A stretch of 63,641 bases of DNA, the filler included, from Nitrospinota bacterium (lineage in GTDB: Bacteria; JAUXIQ01): the NCBI GenBank assembly GCA_030620925.1. It is 10 parts of 10 records of this genome, joined end to end, with 100 filler letters (N's around TTAATTAATTAA, not from the genome) between each part and the next. Parts side by side here need not be neighbours in the genome. Positions count along the whole stretch, not along the records: positions 38,278 to 42,679 come from JAUXIQ010000220.1; positions 42,780 to 46,579 come from JAUXIQ010000281.1; positions 46,680 to 55,076 come from JAUXIQ010000068.1; 7 more parts are not named here. The stretch is one strand, 5' to 3'. The notes under the pieces were generated by a model. It was not told the DNA's origin and did not search any database. It worked only from the letters and a program-made list of their open reading frames with translations. This document shows, piece by piece, positions 39,682 through 48,790 of the stretch (positions within the stretch are counted from its first letter, which is position 1; the number at the start of each line of letters is the position of its first letter). Made by a program: the position numbers and the translations under genes.

Positions 39682-40626
39682 TCATCCGGCCTTCCTCCGC
39701 ATCAGCTTACCGGCTTCTTCAACTATGTGCTGCACTGAGAGACCGTAATGTTCTAAAAGCTCTTCGGGGTGGCCCGATACTCCGAAAGTGTCTCTTATGC
39801 CCATGCGCATCATGGGAACAGGGTAACTTTCTCCCAGGGCTTCAGCCACGGCGCTGCCCAGTCCGCCTATTATGGAGTGTTCCTCTACGGTAAGCACGGC
39901 GCCCGTTTTTCGCGCCACTTCCGTGACGCACTCCGCGTCCAGGGGTTTGATGGTGGACATATTGACCACGCAGGCTTCCAACCCTTGTTCGCTAAGTTTC
40001 TGCGCCGCCTCCAGCGATTTGCTCACCATATAGCCGGTGGCGATGATGGCCAGGTCTTTTCCATCCCTGATTACGTTGGCCTTTCCTAACTCAAATTTAT
40101 AACTATCATCGAACAGGACGGGATATTTATTGCGGGCAAGGCGCAGGTATACCGGACCCTGATGAGCGTAGATACTCCGCACCATACGTTCCGTCTCCAC
40201 AGCATCGGCAGGCACTACCAGCGTCATGTTTGGAAGCGCCCTCATTATAGCCAGGTCTTCGTTGGCCTGGTGGGTGGCCCCGTCTTCACCAACGGTAAGG
40301 CCTCCGTGGCTGGCCACCACGTTAACGTTGAGGCAGGGCAGACATATGCACAGCCGTATCTGCTCCCATGCCCTGCCCGAGGCGAAGATAGCGAAGGTGC
40401 TGGCGAAGGGCACTTTTCCCGAGCTGGCCAGGCCGGCGGCGGTGCTCATCATGTCCTGCTCGGATACCCCCATGTTGAAGAAACGTTGGGGGAACTTCTT
40501 ACCGAAGAGTGCTGATCGGGTCGAACCTGAGAGGTCACAATCCAGTGCTACTATCTCCTGGTGTTCCTCTCCGAGCTTAACCAGAGTCTCACCGTAGACG
40601 TCCCGCGTGGAAACCATTCGGCTCAA
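39682..40626 (-). CDS. Transketolase, C-terminal (pyrimidine-binding) subunit
   Basis: GVSEQ, GEDGATHQ, GPVYLR and EEH..GGLG motifs. Confidence 0.95.
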   Translation of the reverse strand: MSRMVSTRDVYGETLVKLGEEHQEIVALDCDLSGSTRSALFGKKFPQRFFNMGVSEQDMMSTAAGLASSGKVPFASTFAIFASGRAWEQIRLCICLPCLNVNVVASHGGLTVGEDGATHQANEDLAIMRALPNMTLVVPADAVETERMVRSIYAHQGPVYLRLARNKYPVLFDDSYKFELGKANVIRDGKDLAIIATGYMVSKSLEAAQKLSEQGLEACVVNMSTIKPLDAECVTEVARKTGAVLTVEEHSIIGGLGSAVAEALGESYPVPMMRMGIRDTFGVSGHPEELLEHYGLSVQHIVEEAGKLMRRKAG

Positions 40627-40643
40627 ATTTTTAAACCCTCACT

Positions 40644-41492
40644 CTATAGTTTTAGTTTCGCCTCTTGCAGCTCGGCCAGCGCACGATCCAGCTCATCCTT
40701 GTCAGGGGCCACGCCGTGGTACTTATTCTGGTCTTCGATGAAGGAAATGCCTTTGCCCTTGACCGTATTGGCAATGATCAGGGAGGGCCTGTCCTTCTCC
40801 TCCTCGGCTCTTTTCAAAGCCCCTATGATGGCGTCAAAGTTGTGCCCGTCTATATCTTCAACGTACCAGCCGAAAGCCTCCCACTTATCTCTGAGCGGGT
40901 ATATGGACATAATCTGTTCCACCGGGCCGTCTATTTGAAACTTGTTATGGTCTACAATAGCGCACAGGTTATCCAGCAAATAGTGGGAAGAGGTCATGGC
41001 CGCCTCCCATATCTGACCTTCTTGTAATTCCCCGTCCCCCATGAGCGCATAAACTCGGGAAGGCTTCCCGTCCATCTTGAGTGCCAGGGCAATGCCGTTA
41101 GCCTGAGAGAGCCCCTGCCCCAACGAGCCGGTGCAGACTTCTACTCCCGGGGTCATCCTGCTTTCAGGGTGCCCCTGCAGTAAGCCGCCCAGCTTCCTCA
41201 GACTGTTTAAATAGTCCTCGGGAAAGTAACCCGCCCGGCACAGAACGCTGTAAAGGGCAGGTGCGCCGTGACCCTTGGAGAGTACGAAGCGGTCTCTCTC
41301 CGGCCATTTCGGCTGGTCACTGCGGTATTTCATCTTAAAAAAGTAGAGTGAGACCAGTATTTCGACGACGGAGAGCGAGCCTCCGGTGTGGCCGGAGCCG
41401 GCCTCGCACAGCATTTTTAGCACGTCTATTCTGGTCTGGAGCGCTTTCTTCTTGAGGTCTTTTATGACTCCAGAATCTACACCTGTCGCCAA
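40644..41492 (-). CDS. Transketolase, N-terminal (TPP-binding) subunit
   Basis: GHTGGSLS, DRFVLSKGH, GSLGQG and GDGE..EG motifs. Confidence 0.95.
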   Translation of the reverse strand: MATGVDSGVIKDLKKKALQTRIDVLKMLCEAGSGHTGGSLSVVEILVSLYFFKMKYRSDQPKWPERDRFVLSKGHGAPALYSVLCRAGYFPEDYLNSLRKLGGLLQGHPESRMTPGVEVCTGSLGQGLSQANGIALALKMDGKPSRVYALMGDGELQEGQIWEAAMTSSHYLLDNLCAIVDHNKFQIDGPVEQIMSIYPLRDKWEAFGWYVEDIDGHNFDAIIGALKRAEEEKDRPSLIIANTVKGKGISFIEDQNKYHGVAPDKDELDRALAELQEAKLKL

Positions 41493-41584
41493 AATGTTCC
41501 CCCTGCTTTTATTTTTAAACCGCTGAATCAGTTATAGATTAACATCTCCATACGCATACCGCAACATGAAAGAGGAACCCGGAC

Positions 41585-42097
41585 TCACGTTTCCTCTAAT
41601 CTGGCCAAAACGAAGACCAGGTCGGCTAACCTGTTAAGGTAGCGGAGGATTTCGGGGTTCTTGAGTATCCCCTGTTCTCTCAGCCCCACTGCCCTGCGTT
41701 CTCCCCGTCTGATGGTGGTGCGTGCCAGGTCCAGGGCTGCAGAAGCGGGGTCGGCGCCGGGAATGATCAAAGCTTTGGGAAGTTCTATCTGGCCCGCTAA
41801 TTCCTCGATGAGCCCCTCTAATTTATCGACTTTGGCTTCGTCGACCCTGTCGGTAAGGCGCTCGAGGTTTTCATCCTGTGTGGCCAGCTCCGCGCCCACA
41901 ACGAAAAGTTCCTTCTGCAGCTCGAGGACTATCTCCTTGACCCTCTCTTTTTCCGCCAGCGCACGCCCCAGGCCCAGGGCGGAGACCGCCTCGTCGAGTA
42001 TGCCGTAAGTTTCGGTTCTGGGGTCTGATTTAGGAACTCTTCCGCCGAAAAGAAGGCTGGTCTCGCCTTCATCGCCCTTTTTGTTGAAAAGTTTCAT
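41585..42097 (-). CDS. ATP:cob(I)alamin adenosyltransferase (PduO-type)
   Basis: KKGDEGETSL, YG.LDE, ART..RR.ER and YLNRL.D motifs. Confidence 0.93.
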   Translation of the reverse strand: MKLFNKKGDEGETSLLFGGRVPKSDPRTETYGILDEAVSALGLGRALAEKERVKEIVLELQKELFVVGAELATQDENLERLTDRVDEAKVDKLEGLIEELAGQIELPKALIIPGADPASAALDLARTTIRRGERRAVGLREQGILKNPEILRYLNRLADLVFVLARLEET

Positions 42098-42145
42098 CCT
42101 TCGCTCCCTCTCCTGGTTGAATATATACTGAAGATAACCGGGTAA

Positions 42146-42679
42146 TCAAACCATTTCACCTATAAGATCGTATGCGGAGGCATCTGTGATTTTCACCCGG
42201 CGGAAGCTTCCTGCTTCCGCACGACCGCCGGCAATAAGCACCTGACCGTCAACCTCCGGGGCGTGGGCCGCCGTCCGGGCACATAACGCCCAACCCTCCT
42301 CGCCGGGCCCTTCGATGAGTACTTCAACGGTTTTCCCCACCATCAGGCGGTTTATCGACAGGGAGACGTCTTGCTGGAGCGACATCAGTTCGTCCAGCCT
42401 GCGCTGCTTGACCTTCTCGCCGACCTGTCCGGGCAATGAGGCGGCGGGAGTACCTTCCTGGGGGGAGTAGGCGAAAGCCCCCAGACGCTGAAAACGCGCC
42501 CCCTCCACGAATTCCAGCAGCTCCCTGAAATCTTTCTCCCGCTCTCCAGGAAGCCCGACTATGAAGGTGGTGCGCAGGGTGATTTCGGGGATTGTCGAGC
42601 GTAATTCCCCGATCAACCGTTCGATGCCGGCCCTGTCGACCCGTCTGTTCATGGCCCCAAGCAGCCCATCTGAGACGTG
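42146..42679 (-). CDS. rimO: Ribosomal protein S12 methylthiotransferase RimO, 3' fragment
   Basis: LRTTFIVGLPGE, F.YS.QEGT and the TRAM APEVDG...YDL.GE motif. Confidence 0.9.
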   Translation of the reverse strand, partial: HVSDGLLGAMNRRVDRAGIERLIGELRSTIPEITLRTTFIVGLPGEREKDFRELLEFVEGARFQRLGAFAYSPQEGTPAASLPGQVGEKVKQRRLDELMSLQQDVSLSINRLMVGKTVEVLIEGPGEEGWALCARTAAHAPEVDGQVLIAGGRAEAGSFRRVKITDASAYDLIGEMV

Positions 42680-42779
42680 NNNNNNNNNNNNNNNNNNNNN
42701 NNNNNNNNNNNNNNNNNNNNNNNTTAATTAATTAANNNNNNNNNNNNNNNNNNNNNNNNNNNNNNNNNNNNNNNNNNNN
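42680..42779. other. Artificial contig/scaffold linker
   Basis: N44-TTAATTAATTAA-N44. Confidence 0.99.
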
Positions 42780-42814
42780 GGCCTTACTTTCCATCCTTAT
42801 CGATCTTCTTTCCC

Positions 42815-43120
42815 GTGCCTGCCCCGCGTGTGGCGGGGATGGGGGAGGTGGGTGGGGGTGAACCACTCGGAACGCGAAGTGGAATGTCATCACCCTCCCT
42901 TATTCCCTCCCGTCAAGGGAGGGAAAATATGCACACTGCAAAAAGGTAACACGAGAGTTTATAGGGGCGGAATCCCTTCCGAGGCAAGCTTTGTCGCCCG
43001 TGTGCTCCGTTCAAGTTCTTCTGAGCGGAGCATATCGAAGTGGTTTCAGCTAGGCGCGGGTCTTTCTCCTTGCAGAGAAGTTCTTCGCCCCCGCGGGTTG
43101 CGGGGCTCAGCGTGACAAAC
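42815..43120. repeat. Cluster of REP-like palindromes
   Basis: CCCCGC-GTGTG-GCGGGG; CCCTCCC-GTCAA-GGGAGGG; TGCTCCG...CGGAGCA; GCCCCGCG-GGT-TGCGGGGC followed by TCAGCGTGACA. Confidence 0.6.
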
Positions 43121-43248
43121 AAATGTTTTCGTGGGAGCTTGACTCTGTCTCGGTGGGAGAAAGGCGGGGTTTTTACCGGAATGGTCCTCTCAGAGCATCA
43201 GCTTTGAGTTCCTTCGAAGTTTCGAGGTTTAAAGAGGGAGGTAAGTTG

Positions 43249-43605
43249 ATGAAGTCGTTAATTGTTATCTTAATTTGCGGGCTGATGATAGCCGCCGCCG
43301 TGGGGGAAGCCGTCTCCCAGGAAGTGGTGGTGGTGAATATGAAAGTGACAAAAATAGGGTTCGATCCGGCCGAGGTCACTGTCGATAAGGGGCAGACGGT
43401 GGTGCTGAAAATTACCGCCGTCGATCGCGATCACGGAATAGTTATTCCCCGGTTGGGGGTGCCGAGGACTCTTCTGCCGAAGGGAGAGGAGGTGGAAGTA
43501 AAGTTTACCGCCAGCAAACCGGGCACTTACCGATTCAAATGTTCCGTCCGATGCGGTTGGCGCCACGTGCTGGGGTGGGTCAGCGGTAACATCATAGTGA
43601 AATAG
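43249..43605 (+). CDS. Secreted cupredoxin-domain protein (CuA-like)
   Basis: Signal peptide, FDPAEVTV..G..V, DHG and PGTY.F.CSVRCG..H motifs; start after GGAGG. Confidence 0.88.
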   Translation: MKSLIVILICGLMIAAAVGEAVSQEVVVVNMKVTKIGFDPAEVTVDKGQTVVLKITAVDRDHGIVIPRLGVPRTLLPKGEEVEVKFTASKPGTYRFKCSVRCGWRHVLGWVSGNIIVK

Positions 43606-43648
43606 CGTGAATCGAAGCGTACACCAAGGAGCTTATCCAGGTTTATCT

Positions 43649-43704
43649 TTTACTACGAAGACACCAGCACTATTCTTGTTTGTCTTAGTATCTTCGTGGT
43701 GAAA
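43649..43704. terminator. Hairpin between convergent genes (possible bidirectional terminator or repeat)
   Basis: TTTACTACGAAGACAC...GTATCTTCGTGGTGAAA. Confidence 0.5.
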
Positions 43705-43712
43705 TTCATTAA

Positions 43713-44729
43713 TCAGGATGCTTTGGCCGCGTTTACCCGCTCGTTGATCTCATCCAGGGTATATTTACCGGGTTGCTCTCCTTTTTGGACCATCTCCTCC
43801 ACCATGCCGAAAATGGTCTGGTTGATGGGTGTGGGGACGCCATGTTTTTGCCCCAGTCTGACGATCTCGCCATAGAAGCTGTCCAGCTCGGTGCGGCCGC
43901 GCTGCAGGTAGACGTCCTGCCAGGTTGAGGGCCTGAGCAGCATGTGCTCTTCTATGTCCGGTGTCTGTTTGTCCTCCATAGTGCGGAAGGTCTGGAGCAC
44001 TTTTTCCACGGGTGGCAGGCCGGGCATTGTGCCCAGCTCGATTCCGGCGGCGTTGGAGGCTCTATACGCTTCCTCCTGTATATCCGCCAGCAACTCCCTC
44101 AGCTTTTTGTTCCAGGCTATCTCCTGGCCGCAAATATCGGTCATGGCGAAGACGCCGTTACCCAGGTTCATGAACACCTTGCGCCATTTCATTTTCATTA
44201 TTTCTTTTGTAGTGGTGATCTTGAAGTCCGCATCGGCGAGTGCTTTGCCCACGTTTTCCGCCATCTCGTCGATGCCTTCCGGGTAGTTTCCCATGCCCAG
44301 CCCTCTGTCCACGGTATGGATAACCTCACCGGGCGTGATATGCGTGCCGCTGAACAGCACCACGCCCCCATAGACGTTATTGAAATACTCGGAAGCGACC
44401 TCTTCGTTGCGCACGCCGTTCTGGAAGCAGAATACGGGGGTATCGGGGTCTACGTGTCCACGGGCGGCCTCGACCGCTTCCCTGGTCTCCGGCGATTTCA
44501 TGACCATGAAAATTACGTCGTCCGGCTGCATCTCCACGTCGGTTATCCTGGCCGCCGCGGGCACTTTTATGACGTGCTCCCCGGCAAGGCCCTTGAGCCG
44601 AAGCCCGTCCTGCATAATTTTTTCGATGTGTTCGCCCACGTCGATCAATACGACGTCGTACCCCGCCAGATGCAGCTCGGCCCCGATGGGGCCGCCTATT
44701 CCGCCGCAACCGTAGATTATGAATCGCAT
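43713..44729 (-). CDS. Ketopantoate reductase (PanE/ApbA) family oxidoreductase
   Basis: GCGGIG Rossmann fold, MKS, FQNG, W.K...N and PST.QD...GR.TE motifs. Confidence 0.9.
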   Translation of the reverse strand: MRFIIYGCGGIGGPIGAELHLAGYDVVLIDVGEHIEKIMQDGLRLKGLAGEHVIKVPAAARITDVEMQPDDVIFMVMKSPETREAVEAARGHVDPDTPVFCFQNGVRNEEVASEYFNNVYGGVVLFSGTHITPGEVIHTVDRGLGMGNYPEGIDEMAENVGKALADADFKITTTKEIMKMKWRKVFMNLGNGVFAMTDICGQEIAWNKKLRELLADIQEEAYRASNAAGIELGTMPGLPPVEKVLQTFRTMEDKQTPDIEEHMLLRPSTWQDVYLQRGRTELDSFYGEIVRLGQKHGVPTPINQTIFGMVEEMVQKGEQPGKYTLDEINERVNAAKAS

Positions 44730-44792
44730 TTAGCTCCCCCCTCTGAATCTGTAGATTGCTCCTTGGTTGTATCCCATGTTTCGTATTCAGGT

Positions 44793-45254
44793 TTATATTT
44801 CTTTCAGCCGCGTTTCCAGGAGTTTTTCAAGGATTTTCCTGTGCTCTTCTTCTTCCTTGATAAGCTGCTGCAACAGACGTAAAACGTCATCATCTTCCTG
44901 TTCCCGCGCGCTGCTTACCAGGTCCATGTATAGAGAGATGGATTCGAGCTCGCTGTGCATGCAGGCTTGAAGCGCTTCCTCTTCGGAGACTCTCGCCCCC
45001 TTTGCGAACGTACCTTCAGATGCAGACAGCGTGAGGTCGATCTCTTCAAACGGGTTTACCTGGGAGATCTGTGATAAGTCCATGACCATGATGATATGCT
45101 TCAGCTCTTCGAGGGCCAGCTTGTTGAGGGTTTTCTTGAGCCGCTTTTCCGATAAGATGTTGGCCGCCCCGCTGAGGCTAGTGAAAGAACCCTTCTCTTT
45201 ATCGAGTGCCAGTTTCAGGATGTCCAGCACATCAAGTTTTTTATTCTCTTCCAT
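44793..45254 (-). CDS. Ferritin-like/rubrerythrin family protein
   Basis: Two ExxH repeats (EELKH, EEEEH) with E-containing helices. Confidence 0.82.
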   Translation of the reverse strand: MEENKKLDVLDILKLALDKEKGSFTSLSGAANILSEKRLKKTLNKLALEELKHIIMVMDLSQISQVNPFEEIDLTLSASEGTFAKGARVSEEEALQACMHSELESISLYMDLVSSAREQEDDDVLRLLQQLIKEEEEHRKILEKLLETRLKEI

Positions 45255-45366
45255 GTTTCATGTTTATCGTTCAGAAGTTCAGAAGTAAGGTTGAAAATTC
45301 CTTGCTGCTGTCCGAGTCTGTTCCCTGCCCGCAGGGTCAAGAGGGTCTGGTGTTAGGTGGAAAAAT

Positions 45367-45395
45367 ATACTAATATGGGTGGAGCTCGAAAGCAA
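45367..45395 (-). promoter_or_regulatory. Putative sigma70 promoter of the ferritin-like gene
   Basis: Minus strand TTGCTT-N17-TAGTAT, about 110 nt upstream of the ATG. Confidence 0.5.
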
Positions 45396-45535
45396 GGTAG
45401 ATTTTCCTTGCGAATTTGCCTAACGCCTTGCCTGTCGTGAAGCGGGAGAAATGGTTAATGGAGAATTAATCGGTTGAACGGACTTACACCTGTAACGTAT
45501 GTAATTGTCAATAAAACCGGAGGGAGGTAAGGGTA

Positions 45536-45859
45536 ATGAGGTTCATCGATTTGGATTCAATGGATAAGAAATCATTAAGAGAAGGCATTCAGAGCCGGAT
45601 CGTTTCCGGCGAAAAGATGATGATGGCCTTCATGGACGTGGAAGCCAATATGAGCGATCCGGGCCACAGCCATCCCCACGAGCAGTGTGGGATAGTCCTT
45701 GAAGGCGAGATCGAGATGACCATAGGAGACGAGGTCAAGCTCTGCAAGAAGGGTGACATCTATTTCATCCCCGGCGACCTGCCCCACGGGGGCAAAACTT
45801 TCGAGAAACCCTGCCTGGTGCTGGACGTCTTCAGCCCGCCCAGGGAGGACTACAAATAA
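45536..45859 (+). CDS. Cupin domain protein (KdgF-like)
   Basis: HSHPHEQ, IPGDLPH and DVFSPPRED motifs. Confidence 0.92.
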   Translation: MRFIDLDSMDKKSLREGIQSRIVSGEKMMMAFMDVEANMSDPGHSHPHEQCGIVLEGEIEMTIGDEVKLCKKGDIYFIPGDLPHGGKTFEKPCLVLDVFSPPREDYK

Positions 45860-45885
45860 ACACCTGCCGGAGAGGGGGACACAAG

Positions 45886-47043
45886 GTGAGTTACGAGACC
45901 TTAGAAGTGGAGCGGGAGGAATCTTCTGCAATCATAAAGTTGAACAGACCCGACAAACGAAACGCGCTGTCCATTCAGCTCAGGAACGAGATGGTGGAAT
46001 GTCTCGGGGAAATTGAAAGTGATGATGAAGTGAAGGCCGTGCTGGTTACCGGAAACGGCCCCGCGTTTTGCGCCGGTTTCGACCTGGAGGAGTTCAAGAA
46101 CCCGGACCCCGACCATATAAAGGCCATCCAGGAAAGTTCCCGGAGGTTTCACGCCGCGGTCACCGGTTTCCCCAAGCCGCTGGTGGCCGCCATCAACGGT
46201 CCGGCCATGGCGGGAGGGCTCGACCTGGCGCTCATGTGCGACATCCGCCTGGCCTCGGAGAAGGCCCTTTTCGGGCATCCCGAGCTGCGGTTCGGCTCCC
46301 ACGTGCTCTACGGGCTTGTCAAGGAAGCCGTGGGGGGAGGCATGGCCAGGGACCTCTGCCTGTCGGGCAGGAACATCGACGCCGCTGAGGCCCACCGCAT
46401 AGGTCTGGTGAGCAAGTTGACGACTCCGGATAAGCTGATGGAAGAATCGAGGGCCATGCTCGGAGAAATCTGCAAGTCACCCCTCAGAATTCTGGTCTCG
46501 ATGAAAGAGAGGGTCAAGAAATACTCTGCGGAAGCCATAGAAGGAGCCACCTCCAGCGAAGGCGATTCCTTTGTGGATANNNNNNNNNNNNNNNNNNNNN
46601 NNNNNNNNNNNNNNNNNNNNNNNTTAATTAATTAANNNNNNNNNNNNNNNNNNNNNNNNNNNNNNNNNNNNNNNNNNNNCATCCGCCTGGCCTCGGAGAA
46701 GGCCCTTTTCGGGCATCCCGAGCTGCGGTTCGGCTCCCACGTGCTCTACGGGCTTGTCAAGGAAGCAGTGGGGGGAGGCATGGCCAGGGACCTCTGCCTG
46801 TCGGGCAGGAACATCGACGCCGCTGAGGCCCACCGCATAGGCCTGGTGAGCAAGTTGACGACTCCGGATAAGCTGATGGAAGAATCGAGGGCCATGCTCG
46901 GAGAAATCTGTAAGTCACCACTCAGAATTCTGGTCTCGATGAAAGAGAGGGTCAAGAAATACTCTGCGGAAGCCATAGAAGGAGCCACCTCCAGCGAAGG
47001 CGATTCCTTTGTGGATATAATCAGAGAAGGGCTGAAAAAATAG
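45886..47043 (+). CDS. Enoyl-CoA hydratase/isomerase; one gene split by the linker, with a duplicated overlap
   Basis: LNRPDKRNA, FCAGFDL, KPLVAAING.AMAGGLD and HPE motifs; 46242-46579 is repeated at 46680-47017 and the stop is at 47043. Confidence 0.9.
46580..46679. other. Artificial linker between overlapping contigs
   Basis: N44-TTAATTAATTAA-N44 flanked by a 338-bp duplicated sequence. Confidence 0.99.
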
Positions 47044-47064
47044 CGGAGTGGATAAGGGAGAGAT

Positions 47065-48255
47065 ATGGAGAAGAATAAGAATGAGATGGAGAGCGTTCCG
47101 CGCTCAAGGGAGGACGATTATTCGGATGAGGCCATAGAAACGCGGCGCAGGTGGATCAAGGAGAAGACCGGCGTTGAGCTCAAGCATATGGCCGCACACT
47201 CGGTGACCGGTAAAGACGTGGAGGGGAACATCGAGAACTTCATCGGCGTGGTGCAGGTGCCCGTAGGGCTTGCCGGGCCGCTTAAGGTAAATGGTGAGCA
47301 CGCTGACGGCGTGTTCTACATTCCCCTGGCCACCACGGAGGGGGCGCTGGTGGCTTCCTACAGCAGGGGGATGAGGGCCATAACCGAATCGGGAGGCGCC
47401 GAGGCCCGCCTGTTCAGCGACCACACCCAGGTGACCCCCATGTTCGTCTTTCGGCGGACGGGTGAAGCGGCAGAGTTCCTGGATTGGGTGGACGCCAACT
47501 ACGATAGGATAAAGGAGGTGGCCGAATCCACCACCCGACACGGCAAGCTGCTGAAAATAGACAAGTACCTCATCGGGAGACGGGCGGCGCTCCGCATGTA
47601 CTACTACACCGGGGACGCCATGGGCCTCAACATGATAACCAACGCCTCGGACAGGGCGGCGAGGTTCATAGAAGAGCAGGTAAAGCCCGAGTCCGTTCTC
47701 TTCCCCAGCTCCATGGGCACGGACAAGAAATCGGCGGCCATCAACATGGTCACCGGGCGGGGAAAGAGGGTTTCTGTGGACGTAGTGCTGCCGGAAGAGG
47801 TGGTGGAAAAAAGGCTTCACACAACGCCCAGGGCAATGGCCCAGGGCTTCTTGACCACCGTGGTAGGGAATGCTCAGGCGGGCACCCTCACCCAGTCCAT
47901 GCACCCCGCCAACGGCCTCACAGCTCTGTTAATGGCAACTGGGCAGGACGTGGCCTACGTCCCCGACTCGGTGGCCACCATAACCACCATGGAGTTAACC
48001 GAAGAGGGCGGCCTTTACGTCAGTCTCTACATGCCCTGCCTCATCCTGGGCACCGTGGGGGGCGGCGTGAGCCTGGGCGGCTTCAGGGAGGCGCTGGAGA
48101 TAATGGACTGCTACGGTGCGGGCAAAGCCAGGAAGTTCGCCGAGATAGCCGCGGCGGCGGTCCTAGGCGGGGAGATTTCGACCCATGCAGCAACAATCAC
48201 CGGAGAGTTCTCCCAGGCTCATAACCGGCTGGGCCGCAACCGGCCCCGGGAATAA
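47065..48255 (+). CDS. Class I (NADPH-type) HMG-CoA reductase family protein, divergent
   Basis: ENFIG, ATTEGALVAS, GDAMGLNM, TDKK, HPAN, GQD.A, GTVGGG and C-terminal AH motifs. Confidence 0.9.
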   Translation: MEKNKNEMESVPRSREDDYSDEAIETRRRWIKEKTGVELKHMAAHSVTGKDVEGNIENFIGVVQVPVGLAGPLKVNGEHADGVFYIPLATTEGALVASYSRGMRAITESGGAEARLFSDHTQVTPMFVFRRTGEAAEFLDWVDANYDRIKEVAESTTRHGKLLKIDKYLIGRRAALRMYYYTGDAMGLNMITNASDRAARFIEEQVKPESVLFPSSMGTDKKSAAINMVTGRGKRVSVDVVLPEEVVEKRLHTTPRAMAQGFLTTVVGNAQAGTLTQSMHPANGLTALLMATGQDVAYVPDSVATITTMELTEEGGLYVSLYMPCLILGTVGGGVSLGGFREALEIMDCYGAGKARKFAEIAAAAVLGGEISTHAATITGEFSQAHNRLGRNRPRE

Positions 48256-48273
48256 AAAGGGCCGGTAAAAAAA

Positions 48274-48308
48274 CAGGCGCCTTTCCGATAAGAAGGAAAG
48301 ACGCCTGC
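48274..48308. terminator. Hairpin between convergent genes; terminator for the minus-strand operon
   Basis: CAGGCGCCTTTCC-8 nt-GGAAAGACGCCTG preceded by an A7 run (T run on the minus strand). Confidence 0.7.
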
Positions 48309-48322
48309 CGGGGGGGTAGGGA

Positions 48323-48697
48323 TCAATCACCTACCGTCTCGTATTCTTCCCACCACCTCACATCCACGGCTTTCAGCTTGGGGACTACTCTGCCTCTGAC
48401 CTTTACCTTCGCGCTGGCTTTGAGGGGTGCTTTACGTATCTGTTCCTCGATGGCCGTGCTTCCGCCCAGGATGTATACGTTACCATCATCGGTGATGAGC
48501 AAGTGCGCTATATGATCGATCGGACATACGCCCGCTTTTCCGTGCATTGTCCCATCGGCTGAGATGCAATATATGAAGCCGGTGAGAGTTGTTTCTCCCG
48601 TGGATATCTCGTCGGCTAGTGCGTTAGTTCCATAAAACATAACAAGCATTGCGGCCACAAGGAGCCCCGGGAGTATCAACCTCCGCGTCTGTTTCAT
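48323..48697 (-). CDS. Small secreted hypothetical protein with Cys/His cluster
   Basis: Signal peptide ending ALA; C..H..C..H..H; beta-rich TLTG...KVKVRG pattern (OB-fold-like); GGAGG RBS. Confidence 0.8.
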   Translation of the reverse strand: MKQTRRLILPGLLVAAMLVMFYGTNALADEISTGETTLTGFIYCISADGTMHGKAGVCPIDHIAHLLITDDGNVYILGGSTAIEEQIRKAPLKASAKVKVRGRVVPKLKAVDVRWWEEYETVGD

Positions 48698-48790
48698 TCC
48701 GGGTCACCTCCTTTCCTTTTAATGGAAAGGATATATCGCCTGGAAGTCTTTTCAACAGCGGGAGGTCATAATTTCATCTTCGCAGTAAGG

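Noticed and set aside
39682-41492. Split transketolase as a frameshifted pseudogene
   Set aside because: Two-subunit transketolases are a well-known form and both ORFs are intact
46680-47043. Apparent second crotonase gene or pseudogene
   Set aside because: Contig overlap of the same gene
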